Source of the DNA: Candidatus Borrarchaeum weybense
GTDB taxonomy: Archaea > Asgardarchaeota > Sifarchaeia > Borrarchaeales > Borrarchaeaceae
Assembly (NCBI GenBank): GCA_019057385.1
Contig: JAHQJS010000004.1
Span: 805,062-869,061, forward strand
Direction: 5' to 3'
Length of the DNA stretch: 64,000 bases
Part shown: one piece after another, positions 18,607 to 29,342 of the stretch
Layout: each line of letters starts with the position of its first letter
Numbering within the stretch: the first letter of the stretch is position 1
The notes under the pieces: generated by a model
Databases searched by the model: none
The model's input: only the letters and a program-made list of their open reading frames with translations
Told to the model about the DNA's origin: nothing
Made by a program: the position numbers and the translations under genes

Positions 18607-19440
18607 TCAGAAACAGAACTCACACGGGATATTAAAATCTGATTGAAATCTAAGAAGCGTTTTCTTAATATTTGTGAAATAATTATTGTTTTTTTGCTTA
18701 TCAAAGAGTAAATCGCTCACCTGGCTTAATTTCTCCGGAAAATTTTCTCTTAAGGTATCTCTGATAAGAGGCCAGTTTCCTGCCTTTATATTGAGTTTAT
18801 CGATCGAGAGACGATCGATGACCCCCTCGCTAAATACATCTAATAATTGACTTAATGATTGTTCGGTTAGAACTGGAATAATTGGACCCAGAAAAACATA
18901 AGTTGCAATGCCTTGATCGTGTAGTTTCCGTAATGTAGAAATTCTTTGTTCTATTGGTGATGCTTCTGGCTCAAAAACCTCTCTTATCTTATCATTATAA
19001 GTGGTAATCGTGAAACCTACTTCGCACTCACTAAATTGACTTAAGAGATCGATATCTCGTGTAACTAATGCAGATTTTGTTAAAATTGAAATTGTTCGAT
19101 CATATCTCAATAAACGTTGTAGACATTTTCTTGTGAGTTCATATTTTTCCTCAACGGGCTGATAGGGATCTGTCACACTACTCAACAATATAAGCCCTTT
19201 TCCTTTTTTACGGGCGAGTTCCCCAGAAAGAAGATTCGCAATATTGGTTTTTATATCTACAAATTCGCCCCAAGGCTCTTTATGCTTCGTATATCGTTTC
19301 ATAAACCGAGCATAACAGTACTTACAACCGTGAGTGCACCCAATGTAAGGATTGATCACATAATCAACATCATAGATCCGACTCTTTACCAAAGCTGACT
19401 TTACAATAATCTCTTGAATTAGCGACATTAGAAAACCCAT
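18607..19440 (-). CDS. Radical SAM protein, spore-photoproduct-lyase-like family
   Basis: INPYIGCTHGCKYCYA, SSVTDPYQP, ILTKS, FEPEASP. Confidence 0.9.
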   Translation of the reverse strand: MGFLMSLIQEIIVKSALVKSRIYDVDYVINPYIGCTHGCKYCYARFMKRYTKHKEPWGEFVDIKTNIANLLSGELARKKGKGLILLSSVTDPYQPVEEKYELTRKCLQRLLRYDRTISILTKSALVTRDIDLLSQFSECEVGFTITTYNDKIREVFEPEASPIEQRISTLRKLHDQGIATYVFLGPIIPVLTEQSLSQLLDVFSEGVIDRLSIDKLNIKAGNWPLIRDTLRENFPEKLSQVSDLLFDKQKNNNYFTNIKKTLLRFQSDFNIPCEFCF

Positions 19441-19708
19441 AAAAATTGATTTAACTTCAATTTAACATGTTAAAGAAAGTTATAAGAAAATATAACTGTT
19501 TTTCTGTAAGCAACCGATAGTTTTTCAAGGACAAAAACAAAATTTTTTGCGCCTAAATAAACTTGTCAAACACTTGAGAATCAAAAAGATATTTTGGCAT
19601 AAGAAATGCATCGGTGTTGTTTGAGGTCCATTCTTATTTATCAAAATATCTAAAATATAGCTAAATTTAAATAACCATATATCAAGTATAAAACTAAAAA
19701 ATATATTC

Positions 19709-20335
19709 GTGTCAAGGTACTTTCTGCATCCAGTGATGACGATGACTTCCCGTAAGCAAACTATCAACAATACAACAAATCTAACACGCGTCATCATGCA
19801 AATGAAACATAAATTCGATATAATCTTAGAAGTGATTGCCACTGGAAAACCATTGATTGTATGTACCGAATCTCGTAAAGATACTGAGCTATATGTACAC
19901 ACTCTAGCAAAACTTCGACCTGGAGTAAGTATTATCCCTTGGACGGAGGATGAGAATACTATCTTTTCCTTACAAGATAGAAATAATATAGTTGCAGGAG
20001 TTCCAATACAATATTTGATGAAACTTTCTGAAGAAGAAAATCTTACAATCATAAATTTAGTTTTTCTACGAATACATAGCAAGGTGCTCACTACTAAGAA
20101 ATGGAAAGATATCGCAAAATACGCAAATAAAAACATCAAAGACCTAGGCGATGAAAGAATTTATACTTACATTCAATCCCAGATGGAACCCCCTGCAGAC
20201 GTAATTCAACCCCAGATGGTACCCACTGCAGACATTAAATGTTCAAAGTGTGGTGGCCCAATAAAAGTCCGCAAAATTTCGTTAGATAAAGTACAATTGA
20301 GTTGTGAGAACTGTGGTTCAATATGGGTAGAGTGA
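19709..20335 (+). CDS. Paralogue of the C-terminal (cDENN-like) domain of 21941..22765, fused to a Zn ribbon
   Basis: Near-colinear identity with the 21941 gene (QMKxKFxIxLEVIAxGKPL; GxPxQYLMKL); C-terminal CSKC...CENC. Confidence 0.7.
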   Translation: MSRYFLHPVMTMTSRKQTINNTTNLTRVIMQMKHKFDIILEVIATGKPLIVCTESRKDTELYVHTLAKLRPGVSIIPWTEDENTIFSLQDRNNIVAGVPIQYLMKLSEEENLTIINLVFLRIHSKVLTTKKWKDIAKYANKNIKDLGDERIYTYIQSQMEPPADVIQPQMVPTADIKCSKCGGPIKVRKISLDKVQLSCENCGSIWVE

Positions 20336-20456
20336 AGAGAAAAGAAGAACTGCTACTACCTCACTGTTTTTAAATGTCAATATTTTATAATTCTACGGAA
20401 AAATACTATCCACAAAAGACTCGACAACGGGCATTCCTGATTTGGTGTGCTAAATT

Positions 20457-21815
20457 ATGCCTCGACAAAACCCACAAAAGATAGTTAAAAGGTTTCAAAA
20501 GAAGGTTCCTTGGTTATCCGAAGTGGTTAATACTGCTGAAATAGCATCTGATCTTAATATAGCTGATTTTCGAGTAACAGCTACTTCTTCAAGCAGATGC
20601 AGTATTTGCAAAGGAGGAAAAATGCTTTGTGGCAAAATAAGATGTCCACTTCTTGCTAGAATTCGTTCCTATCTGAAAATAAAACCACTTTATGATCAAG
20701 AGGTCTTAGAAGGGGCTTCACCTCCTGGGGTCTTTGTTGGGAGAATAGGATATCCTTATGTATATGCAGGTCCACTTGTTCCTCCTATTCAGGGTGACAC
20801 CAGTCTTTTAGATGTGCCAGAACTTTGGTTTGGCAAATCAATAGAAGATATAGTTGATATGCGATTCAAGCTGGTGCGAGGGAAGTATCGTGTGAATGTC
20901 AAGAAGCCTGATGAAGGAGGACGAATTTTAGATGATACACGGCTTTTAGGACTTGCTGGACGTTCTGTAGACATTGATCTGTCCTTAAAAACAAAACCTA
21001 GTTCCACTTTTACATTAAGTTCTGAAGTACAGCCTATGGGTCCTTCTGCATTAATTAACAATTTAGAAGTTGAAGGAAACATTAAAACTGAACGTCATCT
21101 TGAGAAAGCCTATAATGATACCGATCTTAAGGCGGCAAATGCTGTTGTTGATCTTTACAACAGCGACGTAAGAGTCTCATCGATCCAGAAGGCTTTTTCT
21201 GTTGGATCATTCGGTCTGGAAGGTCAAAGGAAGTTGGTGCCAACTCGATGGAGTATAACGGCGGTCGACTCAATCCTGTCAAAGGAACTTATGAAGGACG
21301 TAAAGCGAAATCCAACTATTAATGAATTTCGTGTCTATGAATCTAATTATCTTGATAACTGTTTTCAAATTCTATTTCTTCCTGAGAACTGGAGATACGA
21401 GACCATGGAAGCGTGGTACCCAGGCACAATTTGGAATCCTGCAGATCAGAATATACATATGTTTAGCGACCATGAAGGTTATCATGGGCGTACCACTTAT
21501 GCAAAAATTGGTGGATGTTATTACGCAGCTAGACTGGCAGTTAATGAACTTCTTGAGAAGGAAAGACGCCAGGCAAGTGTTATTATACTTAGAGAAATTC
21601 GACCGGGCTATATTATGCCTGTAGGCGTGTGGAATGTCAGAGAAAACGTCAGAAACGCTTTGAAACAAAAACCTCTAAAATTCGAAACTCTAAAAGAGGC
21701 ATTAGATCATGTGCGAGCTCGGTTACACATCGATCTCGATGTTTGGATAAATAATAGCCAACTTTTGAAGGATGTACTAGTCCAGAAGAAAATTTCGGAT
21801 TTCTTTCCTACTTGA
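20457..21815 (+). CDS. nreA: Nre-family archaeal DNA repair protein
   Basis: CSICKGGKMLCGKIRCP, SPPGVFVGRIGYP, LVPTRWSITAVD, GGCYYAARL, PVGVWNVRE and C-terminal PIP box QKKISDFF. Confidence 0.92.
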   Translation: MPRQNPQKIVKRFQKKVPWLSEVVNTAEIASDLNIADFRVTATSSSRCSICKGGKMLCGKIRCPLLARIRSYLKIKPLYDQEVLEGASPPGVFVGRIGYPYVYAGPLVPPIQGDTSLLDVPELWFGKSIEDIVDMRFKLVRGKYRVNVKKPDEGGRILDDTRLLGLAGRSVDIDLSLKTKPSSTFTLSSEVQPMGPSALINNLEVEGNIKTERHLEKAYNDTDLKAANAVVDLYNSDVRVSSIQKAFSVGSFGLEGQRKLVPTRWSITAVDSILSKELMKDVKRNPTINEFRVYESNYLDNCFQILFLPENWRYETMEAWYPGTIWNPADQNIHMFSDHEGYHGRTTYAKIGGCYYAARLAVNELLEKERRQASVIILREIRPGYIMPVGVWNVRENVRNALKQKPLKFETLKEALDHVRARLHIDLDVWINNSQLLKDVLVQKKISDFFPT

Positions 21816-21940
21816 GATTTATGTCTAGTTGAATGGAATATAATCATTAATGAAAAGAAATACAGTATACTTTTACTACAAAATTTATATCTCATTCTTT
21901 CAATTTTCTATTTTGAGATTACTGTTTAGAAGGGATACTT

Positions 21941-22765
21941 TTGCTTCATAATGTGTACATATTTAAAGCAGATGGGGTCTGTCTTTTCACAAGAAAATAT
22001 GGAAGTCTAGAGACTGATGAAGCAATTGTGACGGGCTTCTTAAGTGCGATTTCAAATTTTGGAGAGCAAATTGGAACGACTTCACTTCAAAGGCTTGATT
22101 TCGGTAATTATCGCATAATTCTTGTTAATACAGGAGAGAATTTAATAACAGCAGGTGTTATTGACAAGGATGATGACGTTTTTGTCATGGAACATGGCTT
22201 GAAGCGATTAACTTTAGATTTTAAGAGTCACTATGAAAATATCAAAGATAGTGCAATCAGCAATACTCTTTTTGAATCCTATACTGAAAATGCAGACAAG
22301 ATTTTACAATTTATTTCTGATTCAAATAAAGAAATTAAAAAATTAAGGAATCTATCAAAGGTCATTAAACAAATGAAAAGTAAATTCGAGATACTACTAG
22401 AAGTTATTGCCTCAGGCAAACCTCTATTTATTTGTTCAGAAAGTCGCGAAATAACGGAACTTTACTGTCATAGTTTGGCAGCCCTCCGCCCTGATATTGA
22501 ACTCATTCCTTGGATCGACAATGAGAATGCAGTATATATATTAAAACATCACAAAAACGTAATCGTTGGAATACCGTTACAGTATTTGATGAAACTTGCT
22601 GAAGATAAAGAAGTCACCATTGCTAACCTAACCCACTTTCGTATTCATGGCGCTGTGAAACCTTCAAAAAAATGGAAAGAAGTTGCAAAATATGCAACTA
22701 AACAAATCGAAGAATTAGGCGATGAGGGAATAACAAAATATATTCAGTCACGGATGGACAACTAA
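21941..22765 (+). CDS. Longin-domain protein with cDENN-like C-terminal domain
   Basis: N-terminal VYIFKADGVCLF...VTGFLSAISNF longin pattern; C-terminal alpha/beta pattern resembling cDENN. Confidence 0.65.
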   Translation: MLHNVYIFKADGVCLFTRKYGSLETDEAIVTGFLSAISNFGEQIGTTSLQRLDFGNYRIILVNTGENLITAGVIDKDDDVFVMEHGLKRLTLDFKSHYENIKDSAISNTLFESYTENADKILQFISDSNKEIKKLRNLSKVIKQMKSKFEILLEVIASGKPLFICSESREITELYCHSLAALRPDIELIPWIDNENAVYILKHHKNVIVGIPLQYLMKLAEDKEVTIANLTHFRIHGAVKPSKKWKEVAKYATKQIEELGDEGITKYIQSRMDN

Positions 22766-23028
22766 TAGTGGTTTCGTTACTCTAAATGCTCTCGTGCGGA
22801 AAAGAATTACAGGCCTTTTTTAACCTAATTGTCACTTAATTAATCATCCTTTGCGCAGAGAGGAATTTGCGATATTTAAATGACATCAGGTAAAGAGTTT
22901 TGTCACAAAACAAATAAATATAAGGAAACCATGCGAATATCGCATAAGTACAGTTTTAATTCATTGAAAAACTCACAGAAATCATGATAACATGGGAACT
23001 ATGCTAAGTTGATAAGAGGTGAACTATA

Positions 23029-23271
23029 ATGGAAGAATCTACTCATGATGATGACCTTGTAAAACAGTTGAAAGAACTTCAAAACATTATAAACGACTTC
23101 GTTGAAGACAAATGTGAACGCAATGAAGTCTTCAAAAAAATTATGTTGGTCTATAAATTCATGCAAAAGGACATAGCTTCTACCATGGGTGCTATTGCAA
23201 GCCCTTGTGGTGGATGTGGCAAGAATATACCCACAAAGACAAAAGAAGCGGAAAAGAGCATCTATAGTTAA
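23029..23271 (+). CDS. Small hypothetical protein with CGGCG motif
   Basis: GAGGTGA RBS, 80 aa. Confidence 0.6.
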   Translation: MEESTHDDDLVKQLKELQNIINDFVEDKCERNEVFKKIMLVYKFMQKDIASTMGAIASPCGGCGKNIPTKTKEAEKSIYS

Positions 23272-23496
23272 GGAAAAAAATATACAATCATATTCTAAAA
23301 TATTTTCTAATTTTCCTCTTTCATTCTTGATACAAGCTTTAATTATTGTTGCGCGCACCCAGTCTCCTTTTAAGTTTTGATTTTCCCGAAAGTTTTAAAT
23401 ACTTAATGCGCCTATTTATTTTTTGTACGTTTTAGAAAATTAAAACGTATTATATGATTAAATGATAACGATCACACAAATTATGGAGGTTGAAAG

Positions 23497-24213
23497 ATGA
23501 GCGAAATGACAACAACAGAAAAAACCAAAGCAGTACTTCAAACAGTAGCAGAGAATCTTAAAGTTTTGTATCAACGAGCATATCGAGCATTAACTTTTGA
23601 CAAAAGTGTATACAATGAAGTCAAGGATGACCCAGAAGCAACTATTCCGTCAGCGATAATGCCTTTTCTAATTGAGATCGCATTTCTTTTCATTGTGGGA
23701 ATTGCAACGATTCCACTCTGGCTCATGTACGGCTCTAATGCACAAATTCAAGGAAATATTACCCCTGCACATTGGGCTGCTGGAATCGGAATCGCTATTT
23801 CAGCGTCGGTAGTATTTTTCTTAGGCACATTTCTTATATGGGTTATATCACAAGCGATCATTGCGCGATTTGCGGGAGTTAAAGAACTTCAGATAAAGCA
23901 AGTATTAAGGAGCTCAGCGTTTGCTTTTGTTCCGTTATTCTTTGCACCCTTTGTCGTTGTAGCTACAATGTATGCTGCAGTGGCGGGAGCTGAAATTGGA
24001 GCAGCTGCAATCTTCTTGATCGGTGGCGGAATTATTTTCATTCTTGTCGTGATCAATAATATCCTAGCATTCAGAGAAATAACCGGTGTTACCACTGGAG
24101 TCTCAATTATGTCGAATACATTTGCCTTTGTATTAGCTAGCATTCTAGGTATCCTGATGACTGTTGCCTATGGGTTTTCATTAGCAGGTATCGCTTGGCT
24201 TGTTTTGGCTTAG
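23497..24213 (+). CDS. Yip1-family membrane protein
   Basis: RALTFDKSVYNEVKDDPEAT followed by 5 TM helices; paralogue at 62118..62804. Confidence 0.75.
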   Translation: MSEMTTTEKTKAVLQTVAENLKVLYQRAYRALTFDKSVYNEVKDDPEATIPSAIMPFLIEIAFLFIVGIATIPLWLMYGSNAQIQGNITPAHWAAGIGIAISASVVFFLGTFLIWVISQAIIARFAGVKELQIKQVLRSSAFAFVPLFFAPFVVVATMYAAVAGAEIGAAAIFLIGGGIIFILVVINNILAFREITGVTTGVSIMSNTFAFVLASILGILMTVAYGFSLAGIAWLVLA

Positions 24214-24303
24214 ATTGTTGCAGTGAATTTGACAAACAATTCTTCCCCATTTTTTTTCAATTTTTTTTCTGAAGTAACGAATTTAATGTATGGAGGCATA
24301 AAA

Positions 24304-25080
24304 TTGGCTGAAAAGGATGATATAGTAGTAGAGGCAGTCAATTTAAACAAAGAATATTATTTAGGAGAAATAACAGTTCCCGCTTTGAGAGAAATCAACA
24401 TGAAGGTGAAAAAGGGAGAATTCATCGTTATCATGGGACCTTCAGGAAGTGGGAAATCAACGTTACTAAACATAATAGGTGGTCTAGATAATCCTACCTC
24501 AGGAAAAGTCTACATTAATGGGCAGGACATTTCAGAAATGTCGGATGGAACCTTAACTGAACTGAGAGCGCAGGAGATTGGTTTTATCTTTCAATTTTAT
24601 AATCTTGTTCCCGTACTGAGTGCGTTTGAAAATGTGGAATTACCAATGATGGTAAATGGGATTTCAGAAAAACAAGGAAAGAAACGGGCTAAAGAACTTT
24701 TAGAAATGGTTGGGCTCGCTGATCGAATGCATCACCGACCAGATGAACTCAGCGGTGGACAACGACAGCGGGTGTCCATTGCACGCGCACTTGCGAACAA
24801 ACCATCAATTGTAGTGGCAGATGAACCTACAGGTGATGTCGATACACGCACCGGTGATGAGATTTTGGAATTGATGCATGACTTAAACAAAAACATGGGC
24901 GTGACATTCATTGTTATCACTCACGATCCCAACATTGCAGAACATTGTGATAGACTCATTCGAATAGTTGATGGGCAAATTGCATCAGATAAGCCGACAG
25001 TGCATGAAATACTATCCATTACCAATGAGGAACTGAGAGCCTACAAAGGTTTCACCGGGTATATCAGTGATTCTAGATGA
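24304..25080 (+). CDS. LolD/MacB-type ABC ATPase
   Basis: [35 protein letters not shown] 24304 follows GGAGG (ORF track start 24223). Confidence 0.93.
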   Translation: MAEKDDIVVEAVNLNKEYYLGEITVPALREINMKVKKGEFIVIMGPSGSGKSTLLNIIGGLDNPTSGKVYINGQDISEMSDGTLTELRAQEIGFIFQFYNLVPVLSAFENVELPMMVNGISEKQGKKRAKELLEMVGLADRMHHRPDELSGGQRQRVSIARALANKPSIVVADEPTGDVDTRTGDEILELMHDLNKNMGVTFIVITHDPNIAEHCDRLIRIVDGQIASDKPTVHEILSITNEELRAYKGFTGYISDSR

Positions 25081-25105
25081 GTATACTAAATGAAGGGGGT
25101 ATTTT

Positions 25106-28060
25106 ATGCAACTAGGAATCTTAGGAGCAAATGTGATCGTATTAGTCATTCCCGTGATTATTGTTATACTCGTGTTTCTTCTTTGGAAAGATAAGCGCTT
25201 AGTTAAGATGGCATTTCGCAACCTAGGGCGAAGAAAGACTCGTAATTTTCTCACTGTGGTAGGAGTGATGGCCTCTGTCAGTTTGTATGTAGCATTTAAC
25301 ATAGCTAGTGATAATACGTATCAAATTGTTTACAACGTGGTTGAACTTCTGGGAGGCAACGTAGATTTCGAAGTCAGTCGAGTTGATGGTGAACCCTTTA
25401 ATGAAGACCTTCTCGAGGACATCTTGCAGGTGGAGGGAGTGAAAGCAGCAGCCCCTCGGATACAGCGATATAGTGTGATCTATGTCAAAGCTGATGGAAA
25501 CTCGACCACGGCAGTTGTTGTTGGCATAGATCCACAGTACGATAACGAGTTTGGAGAGCTCTTTGATTACAACACTAGCGAATCCATCGATACCAGTGAA
25601 GTCCTTACTGGAAAGGTCGCCATAGTGAGTGAATCGCTGATGGATGGCATTAATTGGCAGGAAGAAGTCAATGATGATGAGTTTGAGATCGTCAATGCCA
25701 CCGTTGGAGATAGCATGATGATTAAATACCGAGGTGGAAGCACAATAAAGAAGGAGCGTTGGGAGATCGCCTCTTTTGCAGAAGTTACTGGTAAAGCCCA
25801 ACAAGTGGGTTGGGGTTCGTGCGTCTTTATATCATTAGAAAGCGCCCAAAAGTTCTTTCCCAAGTGTAAGGGAAAGGTTGATCAGATTATAGTAGAAATG
25901 GATCCAGCGTACGGAACTGAATGGCAAGAAGTGCAGCAAAGAATTAAGGATGTAGTAGGAGAGGATCTTGAGGTCTTTGCACCAAAACAAGCGACTTTGG
26001 AAGCTAACCAAGCTGTCATTTCATTTATTCAATTAGGTATCTTTTTCGCTGGAGCGGCAACATTGCTTGCGATGTTATTTCTGATATTTAATACAGCAAA
26101 TATGACCATAGCCGAGCGTAAGTATGAAATAGGAGTCCTTCGATCCACTGGGTTTAAGAAAAGGCATGTCTTTAGGATCTTTCTTTACGAAATTCTTGCA
26201 TTCGGCATAGCGGGATCCGCAATTGGTATATTCGCCGGTATATGGCTATCAGATGGACTAACGTGGTACTTCAAAACTCTAATACAAATACCTATCGATG
26301 TGCCCTTTGAAGAGATGAAAGGCGTTGCTATTAATCCAGGATATCTCATAGAAGGTTTTGTTCTTGGCGTCATCTTCACACTACTTGGAGGCTTGTATCC
26401 GCTTTTCAGTATAACTAATTTGAACGTCATAAACGCACTGCGACCAGAAGCCCGATCAAGCAAGAAACTCACTTTGAAACATAGGATTCGATGGGTCGCT
26501 AGTGGGAGCGTACTCCTCGGTGTTGGTTTGAGTCTTATATTCGTTTTACCGTTTGTTCTGGGACTTGAAATTTCATTTCTTACGAGTATATTCCTGTTAA
26601 TGGTGGCAACTGGAATAATACTCCTATTGGGTGGTCTTAAACGAAAATACCTAACGATTGGTGCAGGCGTAGTACTACTAGCAGTCGGTCTTTTTGATGT
26701 GTTCTTCGGTGGTTCAATTATTTCGATTTTTGCTCTCATGATAGGCTCTATCATCTTTACTGCAGGCATCCTCAGAGGTGTAGGAGGTGCGTTCGATTTC
26801 ATCGTTGGACGTATTCCAGGGTTAAAGTATGTAAGCAATTTGGCGTCTAAGAACATAGCAAGAAAGCGGACCAGATCTACTCTTACCTTTGGAATTTTTA
26901 CGATTTGTTTAGCGCTTGTAATTGCAATAGCTTCAATCATGACAGCACTCGAAATTGGAATTTTGGATTTCGTTGACCAAAGCTTAGAAGGTAACCTGAT
27001 CGTTGGTACTGATGTTGGAGCACCCCCTACTCTCAGCGGAAATATTACAAGAAATATTGAAGGTATTCACTGGGCAAATACAAGTGAAGGAATGATTCCA
27101 GCCTGCACTGTCTTGGAAGGAGCGGGTGCACGTTTCGAACTGTGGGATGAAGATTACGATTCGCTGCTTATAGGTATCAATAGCACTAATTATGTTGTCG
27201 TGAATGAACAAACTCTACCGTCTAAAATCATTGATCCAAATGGTACAGATACTTTCAAGTTATTTAAGCGACTTAAGAATCCACACGAAAATGCTTGTAT
27301 CATAAGTGATAGACTTGCCTATGAACTCAATGTCAAAGTGGGACAAAAAACACCGATACAAATCTCAGCACATGGAAACACAACGGAGTTCAAAGTTATT
27401 GGGATAATGCATGAAGATTTATTCGGCTATCCGCAACCGGGTTACTTCTGCTTAATTGACATTGATCGTTTCTATGAATTTGGCGTTGATAAAACGGTCC
27501 ATACTTTCTTCATTAAATTAGACCGACGCTATATGAACGGCACAGCAGTTGATCCGCAAGTCGTGGCAGACCAGATCGACGAAAGGTGGGGCGACGAATA
27601 CAAACTAGAATTTGTAATGAAAGAAGACATCAAACAGGAAGTTCACGAACAAGCCAAACAAATAGGGACATTCTTCAATATCATAACCTATTCCAGTATC
27701 GTTGTTGGCTTGCTAGTTTTGGCAACCACTATGATCAAAATAGTCAGTGAGAGACGGCGCGAAATTGGCTTACTCCGAACAATAGGCATAAAAAAACAGG
27801 GCGTGATAATGCTTATCCTTTCTGAGTCGATATTCCTGGCTCTTATCGGGCTTTTGCTTGGGATTATCGATGGATACATCTTAGGATATACACTTGTTCA
27901 GGCATTGGGTGACGTAGGTCCTATGCAGTTTGTAATGCCGTGGGACGCTATTGTCCAAACTACTGTAGTGGCACTCGCAATTGCAGTCATCGGTGCGATA
28001 TTTCCCGCGTGGAAAGCCAGTCGGATACCTCCAGCTGAGTCATTGAGATATACAGGATAG
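25106..28060 (+). CDS. FtsX/MacB-type ABC permease (duplicated domains)
   Basis: RNLGRRKTRNFLT, ERKYEIGVLRSTG, ERRREIGLLRTIG, PAESLRY. Confidence 0.92.
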   Translation: MQLGILGANVIVLVIPVIIVILVFLLWKDKRLVKMAFRNLGRRKTRNFLTVVGVMASVSLYVAFNIASDNTYQIVYNVVELLGGNVDFEVSRVDGEPFNEDLLEDILQVEGVKAAAPRIQRYSVIYVKADGNSTTAVVVGIDPQYDNEFGELFDYNTSESIDTSEVLTGKVAIVSESLMDGINWQEEVNDDEFEIVNATVGDSMMIKYRGGSTIKKERWEIASFAEVTGKAQQVGWGSCVFISLESAQKFFPKCKGKVDQIIVEMDPAYGTEWQEVQQRIKDVVGEDLEVFAPKQATLEANQAVISFIQLGIFFAGAATLLAMLFLIFNTANMTIAERKYEIGVLRSTGFKKRHVFRIFLYEILAFGIAGSAIGIFAGIWLSDGLTWYFKTLIQIPIDVPFEEMKGVAINPGYLIEGFVLGVIFTLLGGLYPLFSITNLNVINALRPEARSSKKLTLKHRIRWVASGSVLLGVGLSLIFVLPFVLGLEISFLTSIFLLMVATGIILLLGGLKRKYLTIGAGVVLLAVGLFDVFFGGSIISIFALMIGSIIFTAGILRGVGGAFDFIVGRIPGLKYVSNLASKNIARKRTRSTLTFGIFTICLALVIAIASIMTALEIGILDFVDQSLEGNLIVGTDVGAPPTLSGNITRNIEGIHWANTSEGMIPACTVLEGAGARFELWDEDYDSLLIGINSTNYVVVNEQTLPSKIIDPNGTDTFKLFKRLKNPHENACIISDRLAYELNVKVGQKTPIQISAHGNTTEFKVIGIMHEDLFGYPQPGYFCLIDIDRFYEFGVDKTVHTFFIKLDRRYMNGTAVDPQVVADQIDERWGDEYKLEFVMKEDIKQEVHEQAKQIGTFFNIITYSSIVVGLLVLATTMIKIVSERRREIGLLRTIGIKKQGVIMLILSESIFLALIGLLLGIIDGYILGYTLVQALGDVGPMQFVMPWDAIVQTTVVALAIAVIGAIFPAWKASRIPPAESLRYTG

Positions 28061-28429
28061 TCTGTGTACACTTCTTCTATCCTTTTCTTTCCTTTATTCA
28101 ATAACAAACAAAAAACGACAAAAAAGAGGAGATAAATATGCCAAGTCTTATGAACGAAAATATTTGTTGGACTCTGCTATTGCTCTGTTTATGTGTATTG
28201 GTCATCTTATATGGCCTAATTTAGAAAGGATGTCTAAACTTAGGAGGAATTTTGACCATAACCAATTCGTACATGATAGATTTCTTGACCATAAGCTATA
28301 CAGGTTGTGTCATTACAAGAGTCCTAACAATCAAAGGAAGAAATAAAACCTTATATAATAAGGAATATCCACATTTATCTGTTATCGTGCTTGATGTATG
28401 GATGGTTATCACCGGAGGTTTTAGATAAG

Positions 28430-29299
28430 ATGAATGAGATCTCAGTTATTGGACGGATAAAAGAAGGATTCAAGATCTGGAGAAAAGGATGGTTAAGCTT
28501 CATACTTGCTGTAATTTTGCTATCATTTGTTTTTATAATCGTATTGATCCCAGTGAGTTTTGGCATTGCGGGTATTGCGGGTATTGGAGTTTATTTTGAA
28601 GAAAGTTTGATTTCAGTAGCGATAACAGCTTTTACGGTAACAGTTTTTGGCATCGCATTTAATTTCATTGTTATCGGAACGATGTGCGGTCTAGGAAAAG
28701 AACTCATCGAGATCGAAGATACCCGAGCCGAAAACACTCTGCACTACATTAAAAGTTTTGGTTTAAGATTTGCTGCGATAGGTATCATAATCGGAGCTGT
28801 AGTTATTGGACCGTTTATGGTTGTAGGTATCACCTTCGCCTTCATAAACATCTTACCTGCTCTCTCATTAAATCTGTGGGCAGGTATTGCAGTTAGCATT
28901 TTATCGTTTATTGTTGCCTTTTTCCTCTTCGTTCCTTTCGCCCTCTCGATACCAGCATGCCTTATAGAGGATATAGGGCCAATTGAATCAATAAAAACCA
29001 GTTTTCACGCTTTCAGAAAGAATCCTAAGACAATATCAGTATTGCTAGCGTCATTTATTGTAATTTTCGTTGCTTTACTTGCGCTTCCTATCATAGGTTT
29101 AATAATCGGATTTGTTCAAACACCCTTTGCTGTGATATTAGCCGGTGTTCTTGGCACATTTGCTGTTATAGCATTCTTTGTTTGTATTTTTGTGATTCTC
29201 CCGGTAATGTGCGTCACGTTTACAAAATTTTACTATGATTACAAACTCCCAGAAAAGGAGGAGGTTTCTGAAGAAGATCTGCCAATAAGGCTACTTTAA
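28430..29299 (+). CDS. Integral membrane protein (copy 1)
   Basis: About 6 TM helices; GLGKELIE.EDTRAEN shared with copy 2; ATG 28430 after GGAGGT. Confidence 0.8.
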   Translation: MNEISVIGRIKEGFKIWRKGWLSFILAVILLSFVFIIVLIPVSFGIAGIAGIGVYFEESLISVAITAFTVTVFGIAFNFIVIGTMCGLGKELIEIEDTRAENTLHYIKSFGLRFAAIGIIIGAVVIGPFMVVGITFAFINILPALSLNLWAGIAVSILSFIVAFFLFVPFALSIPACLIEDIGPIESIKTSFHAFRKNPKTISVLLASFIVIFVALLALPIIGLIIGFVQTPFAVILAGVLGTFAVIAFFVCIFVILPVMCVTFTKFYYDYKLPEKEEVSEEDLPIRLL

Positions 29300-29342
29300 C
29301 GAAGATATTTTGCAAACGATCCAATACAAAAAAGCGACTTAG

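Noticed and set aside
19525-20139. 204-aa minus-strand ORF
   Set aside because: Antisense to 19709..20335, which has a clear paralogue.
25223-27879. Long antisense ORFs inside the ABC permease (also at 32800-34251)
   Set aside because: Typical shadows of hydrophobic genes; no motifs.
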